Assembly: GCA_044432885.1 (NCBI GenBank)
Contig: JAWXUG010000002.1
Location: 1 to 38,587, forward strand
Source of the DNA: Erysipelotrichaceae bacterium
Lineage (GTDB): Bacteria > Bacillota_I > Bacilli_A > Erysipelotrichales > Erysipelotrichaceae
DNA: 38,587 nucleotides
Direction of reading: 5' to 3'
In this document: positions 24,013 to 31,804 of the stretch, piece after piece
How positions within the stretch are numbered: position 1 is the stretch's first letter
Layout: the number at the start of each line of letters is the position of its first letter
Notes under the pieces: model-generated
Databases searched by the model: none
The model's input: only the letters and a program-made list of their open reading frames with translations
Told to the model about the DNA's origin: nothing
Translations under genes and position numbers: made by a program

Positions 24013-25767
24013 ATGGTTAATATCAAGATAAATAATCGTCCGCTAAAAGTAGAAGAAGGAACTACCATTCTTGAAGCGTGTAGACAAAATGGTATTAAAG
24101 TACCTACTCTTTGTTTCTTAAAAGATTGTAATCAAGTTGGGGCATGTCGTGTCTGTGTGGTTGAAGTAAAAGGCGCAAGAAGTTTAGCTGCAGCCTGTGT
24201 TTATCCAGTGAGTGAAAATATGGAAGTTTTAACCCACTCTACAAGGGCAATCGAAGCACGTAAAGCAACCGTTGAATTAATATTATCTAATCATAGTAAA
24301 AATTGTTTGTCGTGTGTTAGAAATCAAACGTGTGAACTTCAAGATTTAGCACAAGAATTAAATGTACGTGATGTAAAATTTAAAGGTGATTTGACCCCAA
24401 TAACGATAGATAATTTCAGTAATGGCATTGTTCGAGACACATCAAAATGTGTGGTCTGTGGACGTTGTGTAAGTACTTGTCAAAAAGTTCAAGGCTTAGG
24501 TGTATTAGGTTTTGAAAATAGAGGATTTAAGACGATTGTAGCCCCTGTAATGAATGTAAGTTTATCCCAAGTGAATTGTATGCAATGTGGACAATGTGTC
24601 ATTGCCTGTCCAACAGGAGCACTTCATGAAAAAGAAAGTATTGATGAAGTGATTCAAGCATTGAATAATCCACGTAAACATGTCGTGGTTCAAACAGCAC
24701 CAGCCATTCGTGCATCTTTAGGAGAAGAATTTAACTTACCTATTGGAACACGTGTGACAGGTAAAATGGTGTGTGCTTTAAAGAAAATAGGTTTTGATCG
24801 TGTATATGATACAAACTATTCAGCTGACTTAACGATTATGGAAGAAGGTACTGAATTTATTGATCGATTTACGAATCAAGGAGTATTGCCGATGATTACC
24901 TCATGTTCACCAGGGTGGGTACGTTTTATCGAATTTGAATATCCTGAATTATTGGATCATTTAAGTACATGCAAATCACCTCATATGATGTTTGGGGCGA
25001 TTTTGAAAAGCTATTATGCCAAAACAAAAGGAATTAATCCTGAAGATATGTATGTCGTGTCAGTAATGCCATGTACCGCTAAAAAAGAAGAGATTGAACG
25101 TGATGAAATGATTAAAAATAACATTAAAGATGTTGATGCAGTCATCACAACACGTGAACTTGGCAAATTAATTAAAATGTACGGGGTTGACTTCAATGAC
25201 CTTGAAGAAGATGAATTTGATCAAGATATGTTCGGAGAATATACCGGGGCCGGTGTTATTTTTGGCGTAACAGGCGGAGTTATGGAAGCTGCGTTACGTA
25301 CCGTTAAAGAAGTATTAGAAAATAAATCTTTTGATGAAGTGAATTATGAAGTAATACGAGGGCAAATCGGAGTTAAAGAGGCATGTTTAAGTATTGCGGG
25401 ACATGATGTATGGATTGCAGTAGCTAGTTCAATGAATATGGCTAGACCACTACTTGAAGAAATTAAAAATAAAACTTCAAAATATGCATTCATCGAAATC
25501 ATGGGATGTCCAGGTGGCTGTATTAATGGTGGTGGACAATCTATTGTAAGTTCAAAAATTAAGAATGATACAAAGATTGATTATCGAGCATTACGTGCAA
25601 AAACCCTTTACGATGAAGATGAAAGCTTAGTGATTCGAAAATCTCATGAGAATCCACAAATCATTGCTTTGTATGATCATTTCCTAGGAGAACCTAACTC
25701 ACACTTAGCGCATGATTTGTTACATACAACCTATCATCCAAGAAAGCGATTTAAAATCGAAGAGTAG
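24013..25767 (+). CDS. hydA: [FeFe]-hydrogenase large subunit HydA (2Fe-2S, His-ligated 4Fe-4S, 2x[4Fe-4S], H-cluster domain, SSU-like tail)
   Basis: Accessory cluster motifs are CRVCVVEV, HSKNCLSCVRNQTC, CVVCGRCVSTC and CMQCGQCVIACP. The L2 motif is VMPCTAKKEE and L3 is EIMGCPGGCINGGGQS. The L1 motif reads TSCSPGW instead of the canonical TSCCPxW. Confidence 0.85.
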   Translation: MVNIKINNRPLKVEEGTTILEACRQNGIKVPTLCFLKDCNQVGACRVCVVEVKGARSLAAACVYPVSENMEVLTHSTRAIEARKATVELILSNHSKNCLSCVRNQTCELQDLAQELNVRDVKFKGDLTPITIDNFSNGIVRDTSKCVVCGRCVSTCQKVQGLGVLGFENRGFKTIVAPVMNVSLSQVNCMQCGQCVIACPTGALHEKESIDEVIQALNNPRKHVVVQTAPAIRASLGEEFNLPIGTRVTGKMVCALKKIGFDRVYDTNYSADLTIMEEGTEFIDRFTNQGVLPMITSCSPGWVRFIEFEYPELLDHLSTCKSPHMMFGAILKSYYAKTKGINPEDMYVVSVMPCTAKKEEIERDEMIKNNIKDVDAVITTRELGKLIKMYGVDFNDLEEDEFDQDMFGEYTGAGVIFGVTGGVMEAALRTVKEVLENKSFDEVNYEVIRGQIGVKEACLSIAGHDVWIAVASSMNMARPLLEEIKNKTSKYAFIEIMGCPGGCINGGGQSIVSSKIKNDTKIDYRALRAKTLYDEDESLVIRKSHENPQIIALYDHFLGEPNSHLAHDLLHTTYHPRKRFKIEE

Positions 25768-25771
25768 ATTT

Positions 25772-25811
25772 AAAAACTAACTGAATTGTAAAACATTTGG
25801 TTAGTTTTTTT
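25772..25811 (+). terminator. rho-independent terminator of the hydrogenase operon
   Basis: AAAAACTAAC...GTTAGTTTTT with a T-run. Confidence 0.7.
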
Positions 25812-26056
25812 AGTTGTGGGGTTTCTAAATATATTCTTACAGGACTTTAATCGAACTAGATAAAGCGATATTTTATTTAACCAAAGATTAATTTAAAAAA
25901 TTATCGGTAGTATCGCATTGATGCGTGGTGGTTTCAAGGGTAGTATTAAAAACGGATAATAATCGCATGAGGTTAACTATCGGGCTATCTGTGGTGACAG
26001 ACAGAGCCTATAAATTACACCCAATAAGGTATAATTGCTCGTTTATAAATAGATAA

Positions 26057-26116
26057 ATATACCCGATATGATATAATATGAATGGTTTTATTGACAATAT
26101 ACCATATCGGGTATAT
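26057..26116. promoter_or_regulatory. hipB promoter with two palindromic operator-like sites
   Basis: ATATACCCGATATG (26057-26070) and its exact reverse complement CATATCGGGTATAT (26103-26116). The second site is itself palindromic: ATATACC-N6-GGTATAT. Overlapping promoter elements are TGaTATAAT (26069-26077) and TTGACA (26091-26096). Confidence 0.6.
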
Positions 26117-26125
26117 TGTTAAGGG

Positions 26126-26341
26126 ATGAATAATATTGCTAAAGTGATTAAAGAAAAAAGAAAAGAAAACAAACTAACACAAAAAGAATTTTCTATGCGT
26201 TCTGGTCTAGGTTTAAGATTTATAAGAGAACTTGAACAAGGGAAAACTACTTTAAGAATGGATAAGGTAAATCAAGCTTTAGAAATGTTTGGTTTAACAG
26301 TGATTGCGGGTGAGATGGAAGAGAATGAACAAGAACTATAG
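26126..26341 (+). CDS. hipB: HipB-like XRE-family HTH antitoxin/repressor
   Basis: 71 aa with the HTH KLTQKEFSMRSGLGLRFIRELEQGKTTLRMDKV. It is the first gene of a three-gene overlapping cassette. Confidence 0.75.
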   Translation: MNNIAKVIKEKRKENKLTQKEFSMRSGLGLRFIRELEQGKTTLRMDKVNQALEMFGLTVIAGEMEENEQEL

Positions 26342-26654
26342 GCAAGGTAAGGTGTATGTTAAAGATGTTTTAGCTGGTATCATTAAAGAGACAGAAAGCG
26401 GGTACTCTTTTACATATTGCGAAGAGTATTTATTAATGCCTGAGGCAGTTTCAGTAAGTCTTACGTTAAAGTTACAAAATGAGCCTTATTTGGGCACGCA
26501 AATATTTCCGTTTTTTGATGGGATTATACCAGAGGGTTGGCTAATGGAGTCGACTATGCGTATATGGAAATTACCTAGAGAAGACAGATTTGGGTTGTTA
26601 CTTGTTGCATGTAAAGATCCTGTAGGCAGAGTAAGTATAGAGGAGATTGAGTGA
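26325..26654 (+). CDS. hipS: HipS-like protein (stand-alone HipA N-terminal subdomain, Couple_hipA)
   Basis: KVYVKDVLAGIIKETESGYSFTY...PFFDGIIPEGW...DPVGRVSI is characteristic of the HipA N-terminal domain. I prefer ATG 26325 over the TTG at 26304. It overlaps hipB by 17 nt. Confidence 0.7.
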   Translation: MNKNYRQGKVYVKDVLAGIIKETESGYSFTYCEEYLLMPEAVSVSLTLKLQNEPYLGTQIFPFFDGIIPEGWLMESTMRIWKLPREDRFGLLLVACKDPVGRVSIEEIE

Positions 26655-27643
26655 TGAATTGTTTGTGTTGTGGTAAGTCAATGTCGGAGCGTTGCACTTT
26701 GAGTGAGCAAGAGAATCAGTGGCATGATAAATGTGTTAGTCATTTCTTTGGTACTAAACAAATGCCAGCGATTGATATTTCGGAAAATAGAATTGAAAAT
26801 CTTATTCAACGTTCAACAAAACAAGGTATGATGGTGACTGGTGTCCAAAAAAAATTGTCATTGAATCTGACTATAGATGATTATCCAAGATTAACATTGG
26901 TTGGGTATCCTGCAGGATATATTTTAAAACCTGATACACGAGAATATGAAGAAATGCCACAAGCAAAATTTCTATCAATGATGATGGCTAAAGCAGTCGG
27001 TATCAAAACTGTTCCATTTGCATTAATCAAATCAAAATCTAAAGATGAAAAGAAAGAAGTAATCTATGCCTACATTACAAAACGAATAGACAGAATAAGT
27101 AAAGATAACCAAGTCTTGAAATTAGCTATGGAAGACTTTTGTCAATTATCCTATCGGTTGACATCAGACAAATATCGTAGTTCTTATGAGCGCTGTGGAA
27201 AAATTATTGATAAATATTCCTCGCAAGCAATGTTGGATAAGTCAGAAATGTTTTTGAGAGTTATTTTTACATTTGCTACAGGAAACTCGGATATGCATCT
27301 TAAAAATTTTTCACTAATTGAACGCCAAGGTGTTCGTGAAAAATATAGTCTTTCTGATGCTTATGATATGTTGCCAGTAAATGTCATTTTGCCAACTGAT
27401 TTAGATGATTGTGCTTTAACAGTGAACGGGAAAAAAAGAAATATAAAACGCAACGATTTTCTTATTTTAGCTGCAACAATAGGCTTAAGGGAGAAAATGG
27501 CTGAGAATATAATTGAACATGTCATACATAAAGAAGATGTGTTTTTAACTTTATGTGAGAATTCTTTGTTGTCTGAACAAATGAAACAGGACTTTAGTGA
27601 ATTAATCAAAAGAAGAATAGGTTTATTGAGGAAATCTTCATAA
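26651..27643 (+). CDS. hipT: HipT-like Ser/Thr kinase toxin (HipA_C kinase core lacking N-subdomain 1, with an N-terminal Cys/His zinc-ribbon-like motif)
   Basis: The Gly-rich loop is VTGVQKKLSL, the catalytic motif GNSDMHLKNFSL and the Mg site SDAYDMLPV. The N-terminus is CLCCGK...HDKCVSHFFG. The start is GTG 26651 or ATG 26654, overlapping the hipS stop. Confidence 0.8.
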   Translation: MMNCLCCGKSMSERCTLSEQENQWHDKCVSHFFGTKQMPAIDISENRIENLIQRSTKQGMMVTGVQKKLSLNLTIDDYPRLTLVGYPAGYILKPDTREYEEMPQAKFLSMMMAKAVGIKTVPFALIKSKSKDEKKEVIYAYITKRIDRISKDNQVLKLAMEDFCQLSYRLTSDKYRSSYERCGKIIDKYSSQAMLDKSEMFLRVIFTFATGNSDMHLKNFSLIERQGVREKYSLSDAYDMLPVNVILPTDLDDCALTVNGKKRNIKRNDFLILAATIGLREKMAENIIEHVIHKEDVFLTLCENSLLSEQMKQDFSELIKRRIGLLRKSS

Positions 27644-27645
27644 TA

Positions 27646-27673
27646 TAAAAAAACGAGACAGCCTCGTTTTTTT
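27646..27673. terminator. bidirectional terminator between hipT and the convergent MATE gene
   Basis: AAAAAAACGAG-acagc-CTCGTTTTTTT. Confidence 0.7.
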
Positions 27674-29057
27674 AATGAAATCCTTCAATTTTTTTTCTCC
27701 AATGGCCCATTCGATAAGCGATATAGGTAAATAATGAACCAAGAAGCCAAGAAATAAGTAGAGAAATAAACATAACATCTTGTAAACCATTTGGAAGTTC
27801 AGCAGATTTTGTCATTTCAACCATAATATAAGCGAGCGGCACACGGATGATAACAGTTGTGATAAGTGAAATCCACATCGGTGTCATTGTGTCACCAGCG
27901 CCACGCATAACCCCACTTAAACATTGGGTAATAGAGTAGGCGATATAGCCTAAGGCGAGGTAGCGCAACATTGTGATTCCATCTTCTATAATTTGTGTGG
28001 TACTAGTAAATAGTTGCATCAAATTTTTACCAAATAATAATAGTGTCAAAGTAATTAAAATAGAAGTGAACAAAGCCAACAACGTACCACTTACAGTTCC
28101 TTTATGAAGTCTATCGTAATCTTTTGCTCCAATATTCTGTCCAGCATAGGTTGTCATTGCGTTACCGAAAGACATATTAGGCATCATTGCAAAGCCATCA
28201 ACACGCATAACAATGACATTGACTGCAATGAATGCTTCACCAAAACTATTCGTTAAGGATTGAACAATAACCATGGCTAATGAGAAGATTACTTGGGTTA
28301 ATCCTGAAGGGATTCCAAGTTTAAAAATTTGTCCTGCATGAATTTTGGATAGCTTTAAGTCGTCCCAATGAATCGTATATAAATCTTTTTTATTTAATAT
28401 TTTATGTACACACAATATCGCGGAGATAAATTGAGCAATGGCAGTAGCAAGTGCTACTCCAGCAACACCAAGTCCAAAGCCTGCAACAAACCATATATCT
28501 AAGAGGATATTTAATACAGTCGCTACCAATAAATAGACTAAGGCAGCAAAAGAATCACCAAGGCCGCGTAAGACACCACATAAAATATTATAGAAAGCTA
28601 AACCACCAACACCCATCATAGATATAATTAAATATTGATAACTCCACTCATAAATAGAAGCTGGTGTATTTAATAAGGTAAGTAAAGGACGTACAACAAA
28701 GCATGCCACAATCATAATAATCACAGTAGAAATAGCTGTTAATGTAATGCAGCTACCAATTGTTTTAGATAAATCTTCAGGACTTTTCGCTCCAATATAT
28801 TGAGAAACCATAATGCTTGCCCCTGTGCTGATGCCAATGAATAAAACCAACAACAAATTGACAATTGGACTCGCACTACCAACAGCTGCAAGCGCGTTAT
28901 CACCCACATATTGTCCAACTACAATACTGTCTACAGTACTATATAGTTGTTGAGCGATATTGCCGATAATCATAGGAAAGGTAAATAGAAGTATTTTTTC
29001 CCATGGACGCCCTGTTGTCATATCGACAGGTTGAAACATGTTTTTTAAAAATGACAT
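27672..29057 (-). CDS. MATE-family efflux transporter
   Basis: 12-TM protein with a MATE N-terminal signature (KILLFTFPMIIGNIAQQLYSTVDSIVVGQYVG). The start is set at the ATG at 29057, preceded by GGAGGGG, rather than at 29090. Confidence 0.85.
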   Translation of the reverse strand: MSFLKNMFQPVDMTTGRPWEKILLFTFPMIIGNIAQQLYSTVDSIVVGQYVGDNALAAVGSASPIVNLLLVLFIGISTGASIMVSQYIGAKSPEDLSKTIGSCITLTAISTVIIMIVACFVVRPLLTLLNTPASIYEWSYQYLIISMMGVGGLAFYNILCGVLRGLGDSFAALVYLLVATVLNILLDIWFVAGFGLGVAGVALATAIAQFISAILCVHKILNKKDLYTIHWDDLKLSKIHAGQIFKLGIPSGLTQVIFSLAMVIVQSLTNSFGEAFIAVNVIVMRVDGFAMMPNMSFGNAMTTYAGQNIGAKDYDRLHKGTVSGTLLALFTSILITLTLLLFGKNLMQLFTSTTQIIEDGITMLRYLALGYIAYSITQCLSGVMRGAGDTMTPMWISLITTVIIRVPLAYIMVEMTKSAELPNGLQDVMFISLLISWLLGSLFTYIAYRMGHWRKKIEGFH

Positions 29058-29192
29058 AACCCCTCCTTGATTTAAACTACTGTCTATCATTGTAACATAA
29101 TTAGCAAATATAAAATATAAGTTTAAGGATTATGACAATATCTAAACGATAAACTTAGTGATGAAACTGCAAGATATGAAGTAAATATAATA

Positions 29193-29220
29193 TTGACATT
29201 TTAGTTGATTTTGTTAAAAT
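29193..29220 (+). promoter_or_regulatory. sigma-A promoter with extended -10 for the second MATE gene
   Basis: TTGACA (29193-29198), a 16-nt spacer, then TGtTAAAAT (29212-29220). Confidence 0.65.
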
Positions 29221-29232
29221 AGTACAGGCAGT

Positions 29233-29278
29233 GATGAAAACCACTTAAAAAAACATAGTGGGAGTTCATCCTTTTTTT
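29233..29278 (+). terminator. leader terminator/attenuator hairpin in the 5' UTR of the MATE gene
   Basis: The stems GATGAA..CCAC and GTGG..TTCATC flank a 13-nt loop and are followed by CTTTTTTT. The hairpin ends 13 nt before ATG 29291. Confidence 0.5.
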
Positions 29279-29290
29279 GTGAGGTAAATA

Positions 29291-30628
29291 ATGAATAAAA
29301 TGAAAAATACACCAGTTAGAAAGCTGTTAATTAGCATGTCATTACCAATTATGTTGGCGATGCTAATACAAGCTTTATATAATATTGTTGATAGTATGTT
29401 TGTGGCTAATTATGCCAAGGAAGCCCTTGATGCGGTCTCTTTAGCCTTTCCTATATCTACTTTAATTATTTCCATTTCTGTAGGTACTGCTGTAGGGATG
29501 GGCGCTATTCTTTCAAAAAGATTAGGGCAAGGAAGACAGGGAGAGGCCAATCAAATTGCTATGCATGGGATCGTACTTGCTCTAGCGAGTTACGCAGCTA
29601 TCGCTATCTTCGGCTTGTTTTTTGCAAAAAGTTTTGCCAGTTTCTTCACGAGTAATCAAGAAGTATTAGAAATGGCTACAAGCTATATACGTATTTGTAC
29701 AGTTGGCTCATTTGGGGTGTTTGTACAAATTACATTAGAAAGAATGTTACAGTCTACAGGACATACGGTAGAAAACTTAATGATGCAGGGAAGTGGAGCG
29801 CTTATTAATATTATTTTAGATCCGCTCTTAATTTTTGGTCTATTCTTTTTTCCAGAATTAGGCGTTAAAGGAGCAGCGATTGCAACCATATTAGGACAGA
29901 TTAGTGCAATGTGTATTGGGTTACACTTAGTGCATAAAAAAGTCAAAGAGATTCAATTAGATTTTTCTACATTTAAATTTGATATGAATGTGGTAAAAGA
30001 AATCTATCATGTAGGCTTTCCTGCAATTGTAATGCAATCCTTAACCTCTATTATGACCGTATGCCTGAATGTTATTTTAGCGCTAGATAGTGAAACAGCA
30101 ATCTCGGTGTATAGTGTGTATGCTAAGCTACAAGCTTTTATATTTATGCCTATATTTGGCATGAATAATGCAATGGTAGCAATTGTTGCCTATAATTACG
30201 GTGCTAGAAATAAAGAAAGAATCTTAGCGACAATGAGTTTAGCGATTAAGATTACCTTGGTTGTTATGGGGTGTGGCACCTTATTGTTTCAGTTATTAGC
30301 AAATCCGATTATGTATCTATTTAATGCAGATGCACAAATGCTTAGTTTAGGCGTTGTAGCATTAAGAAGAATATCCTTATGTTTTATCTTTGCAGGGGTT
30401 ACCATTATAAATAGTGGTGTCTTTCAAGCCTTGGGTAAGGGGTTTTACTCATTGATTCTATCTTTAAGTAGAAACATCATTATGTTGATTCCAATAAGCT
30501 ATCTGTTATATCTTTTATTGGGAATAGATGGTCTATGGTATAGCTTTATCTTAGCAGAGTTTATTTGCATGTTAATAGGATTAAAAATGATGTCAAAAAT
30601 AAAAAAGACAGTCATTGACCAATTATAA
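29291..30628 (+). CDS. MATE-family efflux transporter
   Basis: LLISMSLPIMLAMLIQALYNIVDSMFV followed by a 12-TM profile. Confidence 0.85.
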   Translation: MNKMKNTPVRKLLISMSLPIMLAMLIQALYNIVDSMFVANYAKEALDAVSLAFPISTLIISISVGTAVGMGAILSKRLGQGRQGEANQIAMHGIVLALASYAAIAIFGLFFAKSFASFFTSNQEVLEMATSYIRICTVGSFGVFVQITLERMLQSTGHTVENLMMQGSGALINIILDPLLIFGLFFFPELGVKGAAIATILGQISAMCIGLHLVHKKVKEIQLDFSTFKFDMNVVKEIYHVGFPAIVMQSLTSIMTVCLNVILALDSETAISVYSVYAKLQAFIFMPIFGMNNAMVAIVAYNYGARNKERILATMSLAIKITLVVMGCGTLLFQLLANPIMYLFNADAQMLSLGVVALRRISLCFIFAGVTIINSGVFQALGKGFYSLILSLSRNIIMLIPISYLLYLLLGIDGLWYSFILAEFICMLIGLKMMSKIKKTVIDQL

Positions 30629-30701
30629 TCAGCAAGTATTGAGAAAAATAGGAAAATAACGTAAACTAATTACAATAAAGAGTAGAGATGGAGAACATAA
30701 G

Positions 30702-31802
30702 ATGGCATTAACAGCAGGAATTGTAGGATTACCGAATGTAGGGAAGTCTACTTTATTTAACGCAATTACAAAATCAACAGTGGAAGCAGCTAATTATCCG
30801 TTCGCAACGATTCAACCTAATGTTGGCGTGGTAACGGTTAATGATAAACGTATGGATGAAATTATTAAATTAGTTAACCCGAAAAAGAATATTTATACAA
30901 CATTTGAATTTACGGATATCGCGGGACTTGTAAAAGGTGCAAGTAAGGGAGAGGGGTTAGGCAATCAATTCCTATCTCATATTCGTCAAGTAGATGCGAT
31001 TTGTCATGTGGTTCGCTGTTTTGAAAATGCAGACATTACCCATGTTGAGGGGGGTGTAGATCCAATTCGCGATATTGAAATCATAAATTTGGAACTATCA
31101 CTAGCAGATTTGTCTACGATTGAAAACAGAATTTCTAAGGTTGAAAGAAAAGCAGCACAAAAAGATAAAGAAGCCATGTTGGAAATAAATGTATTAAAGA
31201 AAATTCATCCAGCATTATTAGAGGGAAAACAAGCTCGTAGTGTAGAGTTAAGCAAAGATGAGCTAATTGTTGCAGCTCAATATAATTTATTAACAATTAA
31301 GCCAATGATTTATGTAGCAAATATCGAAGAAGAAAAAATTGCCGAACCTACAACAAATGAACATTTTAATAAAGTAGTTGAATACGCTCAACTAGAAAAT
31401 AATCATGTGATTGCGATTAGTGCAAAAATTGAAGAAGAACTTTGCATGTTAGAAGCAGAGGAAAAAGCTCTATTCTTAGAAGATTTAGGAGTAAGTGAAA
31501 GTGGCTTAGATGCATTAGTTAAGGAAGCCTATTCGATTTTAGGTTTAAGAACTTATTTTACAGTTGGTGAAAAAGAATGCCGTGCTTGGACGTTTACACA
31601 AGGGATGAGTGCACCTGAGTGTGCAGGGATTATTCACACAGACTTTCAAAAAGGATTTATTAGAGCTGTTACATACAGTTATGAAGATTTAATGACTTAC
31701 AAGAGTGAAGCGGCTTTAAAAGAGGCAGGAAGATTACGTCTTGAAGGGAAAGAATACATCGTTCAGGATGGAGATATTTTAGAGTTTAGATTTAACGTGT
31801 AA
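30702..31802 (+). CDS. ychF: redox-regulated ribosome-binding ATPase YchF
   Basis: GIVGLPNVGKSTLFNA, DIAGLVKGAS and a C-terminal TGS-like segment, RAWTF..G..AP..AG.IHTDF.KGFIRA. Confidence 0.95.
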   Translation: MALTAGIVGLPNVGKSTLFNAITKSTVEAANYPFATIQPNVGVVTVNDKRMDEIIKLVNPKKNIYTTFEFTDIAGLVKGASKGEGLGNQFLSHIRQVDAICHVVRCFENADITHVEGGVDPIRDIEIINLELSLADLSTIENRISKVERKAAQKDKEAMLEINVLKKIHPALLEGKQARSVELSKDELIVAAQYNLLTIKPMIYVANIEEEKIAEPTTNEHFNKVVEYAQLENNHVIAISAKIEEELCMLEAEEKALFLEDLGVSESGLDALVKEAYSILGLRTYFTVGEKECRAWTFTQGMSAPECAGIIHTDFQKGFIRAVTYSYEDLMTYKSEAALKEAGRLRLEGKEYIVQDGDILEFRFNV

Positions 31803-31804
31803 TT

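Noticed and set aside
8263-25196. Other shadow ORFs: 8263..8577-, 10804..11043-, 11080..11343-, 12477..12659-, 13620..14231-, 13634..13834-, 16051..16251-, 16784..16966-, 17255..17602-, 19557..19859-, 21168..21374-, 21486..21695-, 22024..22227-, 22914..23345-, 25014..25196-
   Set aside because: Each is fully contained within a strong coding region on the other strand. The long ones in 10800-11350 and 13620-14231 are explained by the locally stop-poor codon composition of the sense genes.
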